A DNA stretch of 64,000 nt from Malacoraja senta. Lineage: Eukaryota. The position numbers were made by a program, and so were the translations under genes. This document shows positions 12,260-25,218 of this stretch, piece by piece. How positions within the stretch are numbered: the first letter of the stretch is position 1; each line of letters begins with the position of its first letter. The stretch spans positions 25,484,001-25,548,000 of the forward strand of contig CM075987.1 of the NCBI GenBank assembly GCA_038087875.1, given 5' to 3'. The notes below the pieces were generated by a model. The model did no database searches. It worked only from the letters and a program-made list of their open reading frames with translations, and was not told the origin of the DNA.

Positions 12260-12890
12260 CGTTTCCCATAACACTTAACACCAGTACTAATCAAAAATCT
12301 ATCTCCGCCTTAAAAAATATCCATTGACTTGGCCTCCGCAGCCGTCTGTTGCAAAGAATTCCACAGATTCACCACCCACTGATGAAATAAATTCCTCCTC
12401 ATTACCTTCCTACTGGAATGTCCTTTAATTCTCAGGCTGTGACCTCGAGTCCTAGACTCTCCCACTCATGGAAACATCGTCTCCACAGTTTAAGAATAAG
12501 GAGTAAGCCATTTAGAACGGAGACGAGGAAACACTTTTTCTCACAGAGAGTGGTGAGTCTGTGGAATTCTCTGCCTCAGAGGGCGGTGGAGGCAGGTTCT
12601 CTGGATGCTTTCAAGAGAGAGCTAGATAGGGCTCTTTAAAATAGCAGAGTCAGGGGATATGGGGAGAAGGCAGGAACGGGGTACTGATTGGGGACGATCA
12701 GCCATGATCACATTGAATGGCGGTGCTGGCTCGAAGGGCCGAATGGCCTACTCCTGCACCTATTGTCTATTGTCTCCACATCCACTCTATCCATGGCTTT
12801 CACTATTTGGTAAGTTTCAATGGTGTCCCCCCTCATCCTTCTAAATTCCAGTGAGTACAGGCCCAGTGCCTTCAAAAGCCCATCATTATC
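12260..12890 (-). mobile_element. Older CR1 3' fragment interrupted by a younger + strand CR1 tail
   Basis: Inner element 12488-12771 with (ATTGTCT) tail is flanked by the 9-bp duplication GTCTCCACA at 12479-12487 and 12772-12780. Confidence 0.8.
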
Positions 12891-13600
12891 CTTGCTGTGT
12901 GCTTTAAGTTTGACTAGATCCTAAATTCTGTGTGTAGCTGATAAGCATCACTTGCCTTTGAGAATAGCGCTTGTTTGAAGTCATCCATTGAGCAACCTTG
13001 ACTTACGAGTTCCTTTATTAAGTATCACAGGCACATTTGTTCAAGTTAAGATGCAAATTGCTGTTAACATTGGATTGGTAAGTAGCCTGGGCATTTGCAG
13101 ATTCAACGCTGCATTATTTATTTGATCTCTGCGGTATATATTCCACAAGAGCTGGAAAAGGTCAGAGAGAATGGAAAAAAAATGTTTTGGAAAGAGCTGT
13201 GTAAGTCAACCTGCATTTTGTGATAAAATAAGCACATTCATCATTATTAATACTTCAAGACACTTTTCATTGTATTTGTAAATAAAAACAATTTGAGGCA
13301 GTTACAGTTGATTTAGCAGGCAACTTGAATTGATTGTTTTCAGTGGTGACCTGTTAGATCTTACCTGCGTAGCTATGGGGTAAGATGTGTGTGTAGTTGT
13401 AATGAGAAGTGACTGAGACACATGCAGAAGCGGTTTAATCACTTAAAATTATTAAATATTAAAGTAACGAGAGCCCACGGGACGAGTCAATGCGATGAGA
13501 TCAGATTTCAGTCATCAATCACAATCAGTCACATTCAAATAAACTTGGATAATTTAAGGAGCAAACAAGAAAAGAATGTAAATGATCTAATGACGGAATA

Positions 13601-14562
13601 GTCATAGAGTGATACAGTGTGGAAACAGGCCCAACTTGCCCACACCAACATGTGTAAGACTAGTGTAGGTGGCCAACATGTCCCACCTACACTAGTCCCA
13701 CCTGCCCGCGTTTGGTCCATATGCCTTCAAACCTGTCCCATCCATGTGCTTTAACTGTTTCTTAAACGTTGGGATAGTCCCTGCATCAACTCCCTACTCT
13801 GGCAGCTTGTTCCACACAAACGCCACCCTTTATGTGAAAAAGTTACCCCTCAGATTCCTATTAAATCTTTTCCCCTTCACCTTAAACCTGTGTCCTCTGG
13901 TCCTCGATTCACCTACTCCAAGCAAGAGACTCTGCGCATCTACCCGATCTATTCTTCTCATGATTTTAGATGCCTGATTCAAATCACCCCCTCATCCTCC
14001 TGCGCACCAAGGAATAGAGTCCCAGCCTGCTCAACCTCTCCCGATAACTCAGACTTTCCAGCCCTAGCAACATCCTTGTAAACTTTCTCTGTACCCTTTC
14101 AAGTTTCATAAAATCGTCCCTATAACATGGTGCCCAGAACTGAATACAATAATCTAACTGTGGCCTCATCAATGTTTTATACAACTGCAGCATGACCTCC
14201 CAACTTCTATACTCGCTACTCTGACTGACGAAGGCCAATGAGCCAAATGCCTTTTTGACCACCCTATCTACCTGCGACTCAACCTTCAAGGAAACATGCA
14301 CCTGTACTCCTAGATCCCTCTGCTCTACAACATGCCCCAGAGCCCTACCATTCACTGTGTGGGTCCTGTCCATGTTAGACTTCCCAAAATGCAGCACCTC
14401 ACATTTCTCTGTATTAAATTCCATCAACCATTCCTCAGCCCACCTGACCAATCGATCCAGATCCTGCTGCAATTTTTCACAACCATCTTCACTATCTGAA
14501 AAACCACCCACTTTTGCATCCTCTGCAAACTTGCTAATCCTGCCCTGTATGTTCTCATCCAA
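13601..14562 (-). mobile_element. CR1 3' fragment (about 960 bp), (CTATGACT) tail subfamily
   Basis: ORF 13984-14619(-) ISKFAEDAKVGG...LYKTLMRPQLDYCIQFW; about 32-bp TSD with 2 mismatches at 13569-13600 and 14777-14808. Confidence 0.92.
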
Positions 14563-14569
14563 TGAAAAT

Positions 14570-14775
14570 GTGTAGGAAGGAACTGCAGATGCTGGTTTAA
14601 ACCGAAGATAGACATGCAAAGCTGGAGTAACTCAGTGGGTCAGGCAGCATCTCTGGAGAAAAGGAATAGGTGACATTTCGGGTCTGAAGAAGGGTCTCGA
14701 CTCAAAACGTCACCCATTCCTTCTCTCCAGAGATGCTGCCTGACCTGCAGAGTTACTCCGGCATTTTGTGTCTAT
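14570..14775. mobile_element. Palindromic PLE-derived short element
   Basis: Inverted arms around a degenerate hammerhead-like core at 14684; TGAAAAT duplicated at 14563-14569 and 14776-14782. Confidence 0.8.
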
Positions 14776-14915
14776 TGAAAATAATGTAAATGATCTAATG
14801 AAGGAATATTCTTTGCAGATAGTTTAACTAGAGAGTAATATATTATAATGTTAAATATAAAGAATAATCATAAACTCTGTGATTTACAGTTGAATTAAAC
14901 TTTTTGCCCATAACA

Positions 14916-15588
14916 TTTAGTTTAGTTTAGAGATACAGCGTAAATTCAGAATCAGGCCCTTCGGCCCACAGAGTCCATGCCGACCAACAATTACCCATTC
15001 ACACTTCCTTGTTATCACACTTCCTCGCATCCTACACACCAGGGGCAATTTCCAGAAGCTGATTAACCTACAAACCTGCACGTCTTTGGAATGTGGGAGG
15101 AAACCTGAGCACCCAGAGAAAACCCACACGGTCACAGGGAGAACATGGGGTTGGGCAGGCTAGATGCAGGAAGATTGTTCCCGATGTTGGGGAAGTCCAG
15201 GACAAGGGGTCACAGCTTAAGGATAAGGGGGAAATCCTTTAAGACCGAGATGAGGAAAAACTTTTTCACACAGAGAGTGGTGAATCTCTGGAACTCTCTG
15301 CCACAGAGGGTAGTTGAGGCCAGTTCATTGGCTATATATAAGAGGGAGTTAGATGTGGCCCTTGTGGCTAAGGGGATCAGGGGGTATGGAGAGAAGGCAG
15401 GTACGGGATACTGAGTTGGATGATCAGCCATGATCATATTGAATGGCGGTGCAGGCTCGAAGGGCCGAATGGCCTACTCCTGCACCTATTTTCTATGTAT
15501 CTATGTATCTAGCATACAAACTCCGTATAAACAGCACCCGTAGTCAGGATCGAACCTGGATCTGCGGCAGCAACTCTTCCGCTGCGCC
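14916..15588 (-). mobile_element. V-SINE interrupted by a + strand CR1 3' fragment (15145-15509)
   Basis: SINE ...GTCACAGGGAGAAC stops at 15144 and resumes CATACAAACTCCG near 15513; inner ORF 15145-15414 is nearly identical to the C-terminus of ORF 2854-3405. Confidence 0.85.
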
Positions 15589-16824
15589 CCATGATGGATT
15601 CTTGGGTTGGGTAGTGTAGATGGTTTATGCATGCAACCAATCACATAGCTACCTCACCACTACTAACCCCGCCTTAAGTATCATTTATAATAACGCCTGT
15701 TTCTCCTTCTGCGCAGTACAGTAGCAGACTGGAGTCAGTGACTACTCATGTATTGCTTAACTCTGTATACTTATTAAAGACAGGTAGTAAACCACCAGAT
15801 AGTGTGCAATCTGCTCACGAGCGTGCTCTAGATAGCACAGGCCTCGTTTCCCTGAGATACCAAAACCGATGGTTGATTGCTTTAGACAAAATGAGCTTGA
15901 ACAGACTGCAATCAATTAGCTTTCAGCAAAGAGCCAAATTATTTATTCCGTAAAATTACTCAGCTGGAAGGTAGAATATGTTAAAGTGTGAAAAAAAATA
16001 ACAGATAAGGATTCATCAATCAGCCATAATTGGGAAAGTCTACAGAAGATCAAAGGCAAACTGTTGGGGGAAGTAATGTTAAAAATCATTAATGTTCTCG
16101 TGAACATGCAGTGATAATGCATTGCAACTAGTTGGTCCAAAAGGAATATTTGATTTGATCTGTACCTTATCTCCCCGTAATCTCCAACTGCAGCCCATTG
16201 ATTATCAATTCCTGTGTAGGAGGAAACTACAGATGCTGGCTTACACCGAGGATAGACACAAAATGCCGGAGTAACTCAACGAGACAATTACTCCAGCATT
16301 GTGTATAAACTAACCTGCTGAGTTCTTTAGTTGTCTGAGTGACCCGGACAGAACAATGCAATTCTTACTTGCAGCACAACAGAACATGTAAATATAGTAC
16401 ACTGCCAACAATATAATAAACAAAGTTAGAAGAAGTTTTAGTTTAGTCTGTTATCACGTGTACCGAGGTACAGTGAAAAGCTTTTGTTGAGTGCTAACCG
16501 GTCAGCGGAAAGACAATACGTCATTCCAAACGAGCCATTTACAGTGTATAGATACATGATAAGGGAATAACATTATCAATGACTCTATGATCTGATTACC
16601 CCAACCCTCCCAGTTGTTTCAGATTCACAGTCTTGGAAACAGGTTGAACACCATCCACTATGGGTGGATCCAACAGACTGGTTCTACCTACAGTACATAC
16701 AGCACAGAACGCCACAGGAGATCCTTCTTCCCTGTGGCTATCAAACTCTACAACTCCTCCCCCTTCTGTCGTGGGCTAGACTGACTCTCTTTAGCGGTCA
16801 GAGGAACATCCTTGCATGAAGTAG

Positions 16825-17410
16825 TTGTTTAGTTTGGTTTAGTCTATTGTCACGTGCACCGAGGTACAGTGAAAAGCTTACGTTGCGCGCTAACCAGTCA
16901 GCGGAAAGACAATACATGATTACAATCGAGCCACATACAGTGTATCAATACATGATATGGGAATACCGTTTAGTGCAAGGTAAAGCCAGCAAAGTTCGAT
17001 CAAGGATAGACCGAGGGTCACCAAAGAGGTAGATAGTGGTTCAGCACTGCTCTCTGGTTGTGGTAGGATGATTCAGTTGCCTGGTAACAGCTGGGAAGAA
17101 ACTGTCCCTGAATCTGGAGGTAGACAAAAATCAAACTGATGCTGCCTCACCCGCTGAGTTTCTCCAGCATTTTTGTCTACCTTCGATTTTTCCTGCATCT
17201 GCAGTTCTTTCTTAAACTGAATCTGGAGATGTGCGTTTTCACACTTCTGTACTTTTGCCTAATGAGAGAGGGGAGAAGAGGGAGTGGCCGGGGCGCGACT
17301 CATCCTTGATTCTGTTGCTGGCCTTGCCGAGGCAGCGCGAGGTATAAATGGAGTCAATGGAAGGGAGGTTGGTTTGTGTGATGGTCTGGGCTGCGTCCAC
17401 AATTCTCTGC
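16825..17410 (-). mobile_element. Rex1/Babar-like LINE 3' fragment with nested PLE-derived element
   Basis: QRIVDAAQTITQTNLPSIDSIYTSRCLGKA in ORF 17239-17556(-); (AAACT)-type tail; the PLE insert 17120-17216 has a perfect 12-bp TSD CTGAATCTGGAG at 17108-17119 and 17217-17228. Confidence 0.85.
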
Positions 17411-17859
17411 ACAGTACATTGTATGGTTAGTATATGCGATTCAGGACAAAGACACATTGCATTTGTTCGTTCATTCAGCACTGCTCTCTGGTTGTGGTAG
17501 GATGGTAGGAAGAAATGAAAGAGGAAAGAGAAAAAAACATATTGCCAGATGATCAAGGATGGTGTGGGATGAGCATTGGGCCAGAAAATTCATTAGGTCG
17601 AGATTGGTCCCAACTTCTATGGGAGAAGCATTTCATTCACCAAGGTTGATTTCCCTGGATGATATTTTTGATCATTTCGAGAGCAAACAAAGAATGTTTG
17701 CAAACAGCTGGTGATTCTCAGGAAGATTTTCCAGCATCAACCATCAGGATTAGTTTCTCCTTCGTGAATAAATAAGGACTGATTAGGCTCGTGATACATA
17801 TCATTGCAAAGTAATTGCTCCTTGAAAATTGCTGGAAAATCTCACTGGGAACTCGACAC

Positions 17860-18185
17860 CTCGTACAGGTGTACAGTAGAGAGCATAGTGACTGGTTGCA
17901 TCACCGCCTGGGTTCGGCAACTTGAACGCCCAGGAGCGAAGAAGACTGCAAAAAGTTGTGAACCCTGCCCAGTCCATCACCGGCTCTGACCTCCCCACCG
18001 TCGAAGAGATTTATCGGAGTCGCTGCCTCATCATCAAAGACCCACACCACCCTGGCCACACACTCACTTCACCCCTACCATCGAGAAGAAGGTACAGGAG
18101 CCTGAAAACTGTAACGTCCACATTGAGGAACAGCTTCTTCCCCCACAGCCATCAGGCTATTAAACACTACAACCTCCAATAAGCT
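17860..18185 (+). mobile_element. Rex1/Babar-like LINE ORF C-terminal fragment
   Basis: YRCTVESIVTGCITAW.. / RRRLQKVVNPAQSITGSDLP..IIKDPHHPGH..RRYRSLKT. Confidence 0.85.
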
Positions 18186-18642
18186 CCGAACATTCTTCAG
18201 TCCGAAGAAGGGTCTCGACCCGAAACGTCACCCATTCCTTCTCCCCACAGATGCTGCCTGTCCCGCTGAGTTACTCCAGCATTTTGTGTCTATCTTCAGT
18301 TTAAACCAGCATCTGCAGTTCCTTCTACACATTGAAAGTTTCCATAGTGACATTGGTATCTCGCTTCCTAGACCTTGTTGTCGGTTTCTCAAAATCCCAC
18401 CTGAAGTTATTACAAAAGAATTGAAGAGCAGTATTTTTTGGCACTACTGATATGATTTTGCTTGCCGTCTTGCTGGCAGGTCACAATCGCACCACAGTAG
18501 TGAGCTCACACTTACACTTAAGCTTATATATGTGGACCCAAGTATAAAGCGGAGAGAAACGGATCATCCCTATGTAATACTACTTTTATGTCCTTGCAAA
18601 CTGTGAACCATTGTCAGAATATGTACCATTGATACATTTTTA

Positions 18643-19047
18643 GTAGACACAAAATGCTGGAGTAACTCAGCGGGTCAGGCAGCATCTGTGGAGAGAAGGA
18701 ACGGGCGACGTTTCGGGTCGAGACCCTTCTTCAGACTGAAGAAGGGTCTCCCAAGGGAGGGTGCAGAACAAAGATATAATGTAGGCAGAGACAGGGATAC
18801 TGGTGGGAGAACTGGGAAGGGGGAGGGAATGGAGAGAGAAAGCAAGGGCTATCTGAAGTTAGGGAAGTCAATGTTCATACCGCTGGGGTGTACACTACCC
18901 AAGCAAAATATGAGGTGCTGTTCCTCCAATTTGCGCTGGGCAACTTGTCCCATTCCTTCTCTCCAGTGATGCTGCCTCACCCACTGAGTTACTCCAGCAT
19001 TTTTGTGTCTACCATCGATTTGCATCTGCAGTTCTTTTCTTACACAT
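18643..19047. mobile_element. PLE-derived element with inverted arm and GIY-YIG C-terminal remnant
   Basis: Minus strand 18850-18940 encodes AQRKLEEQHLIFCLGSVHPSGMNIDF; inverted 3'-end copies at both sides. Confidence 0.8.
18707..18734 (-). ncRNA. Minimal hammerhead ribozyme-like core (PLE-associated)
   Basis: Reverse complement is CTGAAGA-A-GGGT(CTCG)ACCC-GAAACGTC. Confidence 0.65.
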
Positions 19048-19056
19048 TGAGAAATT

Positions 19057-19350
19057 TTAGTTTAGCTCAGAGATACAGCGCGGAAACAAGCCCTCAGCCC
19101 ACTGAATCCGCGCCGACCAGTGATCCCTGCACACTGGCACTATCCTACACACACTACGGACAGTTTACTATCTTTACCAAAGCCAAACCTGTACATCTGA
19201 GTGTGGGAGAAAACTGGAGCACCCGGAGGAAACCCACGTGGGTCACGGGGTGAACGTGCAAACTCCGCACAGACAGCGCCCGCAGTCGGGATCGAACCTG
19301 GGTCTCTGGCGCTGTGAGGCAGCAACTCTACCGCTGCTCCACCGCTGCCG
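19057..19350 (-). mobile_element. V-SINE
   Basis: Head, V-domain and tail recognisable. Confidence 0.8.
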
Positions 19351-19971
19351 ACCTTCTTGAGGTTGACTGGACTGACATGTTGGGGAGATTCTGAACCATG
19401 CTCCAGTGATGCTGGAGACTTTGACCTATCGCCTTCTACATCATACTAGGAGGACCTACAAGCGTTTACATGGCGGTGAGCAGCATTGAAAAGTACGGCT
19501 CCTGTTTCGTTGCAACATTTTATGAGCGGAATAACTTATTCTCCTTGATTTTCACATAGGATTTCCAGCAGGTTTGTTCTTGCAACAGGAATTCCGTTGC
19601 TCAAACCCCTGAGGTTTCATCTACAGGCTATCGTTTTGAAGTCCCCCATCCCAGTCCTCTGCAGCCCATCCTTTGTGCAACAATGTCCTCTAAAGAGCGG
19701 GCAAATGAATCCTCCCACCACAGGCCACTGCAGGTGATATCTGCGGCTCAGAGAATAACGTCTTTTCAACTGCTGCCTCTACCTTCTGTTGATTCCCTGG
19801 TTGCTTAGTAACTGGGGGACGGACACATGAGATGGGAGTCTATCGCTCTCTGAAAGAAATAATGCATGATGATGTGGTGATGGTGGGAAGAGAGAGAAAG
19901 AGAGAGGTGGGAGGTGGTCCCCCATGGTGCGGATGAGACAGTGGATGAAAAGGATGTGGGCTCGGTGAAAT

Positions 19972-20160
19972 GTGTATGAAAGAACTGCAGATGCTGGATA
20001 AAACAGAAGATCGACACAAAAAGCTGGAGTCACTCAGCGGGACAGACAGCATCTCTGGGGAGAAGGAATAAGTCTGAAGAAGGGTCTCGACCCGAAACAT
20101 CACCCATTCTTTTCTCCAGAGAAGCTGCCTGACCCCGCTGAGTTACTCCAGCATTTTGTG
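19972..20160. mobile_element. Palindromic PLE-derived short element
   Basis: Minus-strand complete 3' end joined to a plus-strand arm that starts at the hammerhead-like core 20074-20101. Confidence 0.8.
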
Positions 20161-20404
20161 ACTGTCTGACGCGAGGCGAGATTGCATCACATATAAATGC
20201 AATAGACAATAGACAGGAGTAGGCCATTCGGCCCTTCCAGACAGCACCGCCATTCAATGTGATCATGGCTGATCATCCCCAATCAGTACCCCGTTCCTGC
20301 CTTCTCCCCATATCCCCTGACTCCGCTATCTTTAAGAGCCCCATCTAGCTCTCTCTTGAAAGAAAGAATGTTTTCATCAGCAATCTCTTTGTTCTTTCTA
20401 ACCA

Positions 20405-20677
20405 GGGCGGCAGAGCGGTGGAGTTGCTGCCTTACAGCGGCAGAGACCCGGGTTCGATCCTGACTAGCAGTGCTGGCTGTACGGAGTTTGTACATTTTTC
20501 TCCGAGATCGCCGGCTTCCTCCCACACTCCAAAGACGTACAGGTTTGTAGGCTAATTGACTTTGGTAAAATTTCCCAAGTGTGTAGGACGGTGTTCGTGT
20601 ATGGGGGGGGGGGGGGCGATCGCTGGTCGGCGCGGATTCAGTGGGCCGAAGGGCCAGCTTTCATGCTGTATCTCTAA
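20405..20677 (+). mobile_element. V-SINE with internal deletion
   Basis: GGGCGGCAGAGCGGTGGAGTTGCTGCCTTACAGC..GGGTTCGATCC..GGGCCGAAGGGCC. Confidence 0.8.
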
Positions 20678-21204
20678 AAAGTGGAGAAAAATCAGAACCT
20701 TCAGCTGATGTTATCAACTCCTGCAATTGGATGCTGTGGATGCAGACTACTGCAATCTATAGCTGACTAAACACACAATCCTGATGATAGACACAACGTG
20801 CTGGAGTAACACAGCGGGTCAGGCGGCATCTCTGGAGAAAATAGATGGGTGAGGTTTTGGGACAGCATCCTCCTTCAGACACATAATGAGTTTTGGCATG
20901 AATCTCAAGAACAAGCGCAGTTCATGTGTCATATTTCCATTGATTAGAGAGCATTGTTTTCACGTGAAAGGGTCAATATGTGAAGTAGGAGCATTTTTTT
21001 TTTTTACACAGAGGGTGGTGAGTACCTGGACTTGCACGTCTTTGTAGTGTGGGAGGAAACCGGAGCACCCGGAGAAAACCCACACGGTCACAGGGGGAAC
21101 GTACAAACTCCGTACAGACAGCATCCGTGGTCAGTATTGAACGTGGACCTCTCTCGCTGTAAGAAGAATATACTGTTTCACTGACAGGTTATGGAATGAA
21201 TAGA

Positions 21205-21520
21205 CTCACTACTAGTGGGAGAGTCTAAGACCAGAGGTCATAGCCTCAGAATTAAAGGACGTTCCTTTAGGAAGGAGATGAGGAGGAATTTATTTTGTCA
21301 GAGGGTGGTGAATCTGTAGAATTCTTTGCCGCAGAAGGCTGTGGAGGCCAAGTCATTGGGTATTTTTAAGGCAGAGATTGATAGATTCTTGATTGGTACG
21401 GGTGTCCGAGGTTATGGGGAGAAGGCAGGAGAATGGGGTTAGGAGGGAGAGATAGATCAGAGTAGACTTGACGGGCCGAATGGCCTAATTCGGCCCCTAT
21501 CACATGAGCATGAACTTATG
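21205..21520 (+). mobile_element. CR1 3' fragment
   Basis: GGAGAGTCTAAGACCAGAGGTCATAGCCTCAGAATTAAAGG... followed by the CR1 3'UTR. Confidence 0.8.
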
Positions 21521-22477
21521 AAGGGAAAGGAGGCTTCCTCTAAATGTCTGCTTTCAACCCATGAAGATAATCAATGGTCATACTCATCCACGCCCTGTTC
21601 AGATCAGAATGGCGGTGGTCAGGTCATTAATTAGTTCTCTCGTTTGTTACATTACACAAAGACACACATCAAAGCATCAGCCTTTTATGTCTGGCCTGAA
21701 ATATCTAATGCTTTATATAATTTTCATCCATTTGAAGTGCCATCTCTCAGTCATCCCTCTGGGTTCCGTTAAAGACCCTTTAAACCACAGGAGAAAAAGC
21801 AAACATAGGATTCAAGAGACTTATACCATTATTATTTTTAAAGCAAACTGCTCAGAAAATCTGGATCAAGATAAATTAAATCTGTGAAATAATAAATGCC
21901 TGGGCAAAGAATTGGAAACAAGAACAAAGGCAAACACAATTTAAGTACCTTCAATCAAACTAATGTTTTAAGCCTATAGTTTGGATTCAGCGTGTTCATT
22001 TGACAGTAATAAGATTATTTCTGGTATTTGATTGGAGTTATCATTTTAATGGAAGAATTATGTTTAATAGCTTAATAACTCAAAGTACAAAAAAGTGAAA
22101 CAAAGTTATTTAATCAAGAAAATAAACATGTGAATTTAATTTTTCAATGTCTGAGGAAACAAAATTTAGTATAATTCTTTCGGAATTACTTTTCTGAGTT
22201 TACTTACTATCACTAATTGACTGGGGGGCGGTGGCTGCTCATTGGCTGGGGCGCGTGTTGCTGCCTTACAGTGTCGGAGACACGGGTGCTCCAGTTTTCT
22301 CCCGCACTCCAAAGACGTACAGGTCTCTACGTTAATTGGCTTGTTATAATTATAACTTGTCCCTCGTGTGTGTAGGATAGCGCTTGTGTGCGGGGGTCGC
22401 TGGTTGGTGCGGACTCGATGGGCCGAAGGGCATGTTTCCTCACTGTATCTCTAAAACTAAAACTAAACTTAATACTT

Positions 22478-22915
22478 ATAGAAATGTAGAAAATAGGTGC
22501 AGGAGTAGGCCGTTCGGCCCTTCGTAACAGCACCGCCATTCAATATGATCCTGGCAGATCATTCAAAATAAGTACCCCGTTCCTGCTTTCTCCCCATATC
22601 CCTTGATTCCGTTAGGCCTAAGAGCTAAATCTAACTCCCTCTTGAAAACATCCAGTGGATTGGCCTCCACTGCCTTCTGTGGCAGAGAATTCCACAGATT
22701 CACAACTCTCTGGGTGAAATCGTTTTTCCTCATCTCAGTCTTAAATGGCCTACCCCTTATTCTTAAACTGTGACCCCTGGTTCTGGACTCCCCCGACATC
22801 AGGAACATTGTTCCTGCATCTGGCCTGTCCAATCCCTTAAGAATTTGATATGTTTCTATAAGAAACATCCTTCTAAATTCCAGTGAATAAATGCCCAGTC
22901 GAACCATTCTTTAAT
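22478..22915 (-). mobile_element. CR1 3' fragment
   Basis: ORF 22563-22907(-) LGIYSLEFRR..RTRGHSLRIRG..VVNLWNSLP. Confidence 0.88.
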
Positions 22916-23541
22916 ATAAGCCCAGTCGATCCATTTTTTGGAACTGTGCAAAATTATGAACTTATAACAATGACCCTTACTCTACCCTTTTAACTATAAC
23001 TCAGTACACCTGACAATAAACTAAACTCAAAACACAAACTTCTAACCTGAGGAAACAGCCTCTGTTTACTTACCCGAGCAATCATTTCTAGAATCTTCTG
23101 TTTATCAATGAGATCATCCCTTATTCCTTTAAGCTCCATTGAATGATGGCCTGCCATACCCAATCTCATCTAAGGAGTCAATATCCTCTCATGCAATAAT
23201 TAATCAAGGAATGGAATTGGACATTAACTCCAAGGCAAATATATCCTGACTGGGGGAAGGGATTCTGCACGCAACTCGACAAATGTGGTCTTAATGAGGC
23301 TCTGCAAAGTTTTAGCTGACTTCTTCACATTTGTACCTCACCTTTCCCATAATAAAATCCAAATACATGTGGCCTATTGAATTGCTTGCTGTATCTCTAT
23401 GCTGCCTCTGTCTCTCTAGTTTTACACAATGTATTAAGTTATGGGATAATTCTTCTGCCTGGATATCGCATTGAGCATCCACGGGAACCCAACTTTTCTT
23501 GATTAGTACGGGTGTCAGGAGTTATGGGGAGAAGGGGGTAA

Positions 23542-23862
23542 TAGCCCTGTCCCACGGTGCGAGTTCATTCCAAGAGCTCTCCCGAGTTAAAAAAAAAATC
23601 AAACTCGTGGTAAGCACGGAGAATGAACGTAGCGGGTACGTCAGAGCTCGGGGACGTCTCTTAGCGCTAACGGCAGGTACTCGGGAAGACTCGCTAACGG
23701 CAGGTAAGCACAGGAAGACTCGTGAAGATTTTTCAACATGATGAAAAATGTCCACAAGAGCCCCGAGTACCGACGAGCGGCCATTACTGTAACTCTCCGA
23801 GTTTGAATCAGGTCAAACTCGGGAGAACTCGTGGAATGAACTTGTACCGTGGGACAGGGGTT
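23542..23862. mobile_element. PIF/Harbinger-type MITE, family B, inserted in a CR1 3'UTR
   Basis: About 45-bp imperfect TIRs CCCTGTCCCACGGT(G/A)C(G/A)AGTTCATTCCA..TCTCCCGAGTT; TAA on both sides (23539-23541 and 23863-23865); CR1 tail continues across the site. Confidence 0.88.
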
Positions 23863-24519
23863 TAAGGAGGAAGAGATAGATCAGCCATGATTGAATGGTG
23901 GAGTAAACTTGATGGGCCGAATGGCCTAATTCTGCTCCCATCGCTTAAGATCATATGTCCTTATGACGGGTGGGTGAGCAGACCGGCAAGAAGGGGTGCA
24001 CGGCCTCGATTGGGGGAGTGGGCCGCTGGAGGCCCTGCAGCAGCCTGGGGCTGGGGCTGGACCGGGTGCCGCTCCAAGAGGCCGAGCAGGTGGACCGGAC
24101 GCGGCCGACAGCGGTGGAGCAGCGGCGGAGGACACCCTGGCTACGCTTGGCCGGGCCGACCCTGCAACGTTGCCATGACAACGGGCCTTCGTGGTCAGAT
24201 GAAAATCCCTGCACTTACAACAACTGGGACTTGAAAATAGCGCCAAACTGGTGATTCTGTACTCTGTCTCAATGTACTACTGCTACACACTTGTACTGGA
24301 TCTGAGATACTTATCTAATATGTCTAAGTGCTTATGTACAGCCACACTTGTACTGAACTGTGTACAAAAATGAATTTCACTGTACCTACAAATAAAGCTC
24401 CGCACCATACCACACTTCTGCTTCTGTTGTGACGTTTACAGAAATTAGAACTTAGCACAGTACCGCACAGGAAAAGGCCCTTCAGCCCACAATGTTTGTG
24501 CTGAACATGATGGCAGGAT

Positions 24520-24820
24520 GGACCAACTTCAAGTAACCCCTGCATTCCCTCTCTCTCTATCCCTCCCCCACCCAAGTCGCACCAGCTTCTCGTTCTCAAC
24601 CAACAAACAGCTAACATCGGTTATCTTTATCATCGTCACTTTTTGCACATCTTTCATTCATTGTTCTTTATCTCTCTACATCATCGTCTCTATCTCTTGA
24701 TTCCCTTATCCCTAACAAGTTTGAAGAAGGGTGTCGACCTGAAACGTCACCCATTGCTTCTCTCCAGAGATGCTGCCTGTCCCGCTGAGTTACTCAAGCA
24801 TTTTGTGTCTATCTTCAGCA
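24520..24820 (+). mobile_element. PLE-derived 3' element
   Basis: AACTTCAAGTAA (end of the GIY-YIG frame), pyrimidine-rich UTR, degenerate hammerhead-like core at 24721, conserved GATGCTGCCTGTCCCGCTGAGTTACTC end. Confidence 0.75.
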
Positions 24821-25218
24821 TGATAGACTAATCCCATCTGCCTGCACGTGATCCATGTTCCTCCATCCCCCACATATCCATGTGCCTATTTGGACACCAA
24901 TCTCATATCTTCCGCTCATCACCATCACTGACAGTGCATTCCTGGCACCCACCACCTACTGTGTTTAGTTTCGTTTTTTAGATTGGTTTAGAGAATTTAA
25001 TTTAAATTTTTTATTTTTTATCAACAACTTCTCTTTTGAGAAGCAAGGAGAGGGAAGAATCACATTTCATGGTTTTCATCACTCCTTACAATGCTATGTA
25101 CGACAGTGATCGCAACTTCTACTGAAGTGTGGATGGCCGTTGGCTCGCTAGAAGCTCATCCACCCTTTGACAGGTCTTGTTTTTGGTCCTGCTGGGGGTC
25201 CACCGCCCCCCTCCTCAC

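Noticed and set aside
13031..13083. 47-nt plus-strand micro-exon ending in GTAAGT
   Set aside because: Weak polypyrimidine tract and unrecognisable peptide; expected by chance
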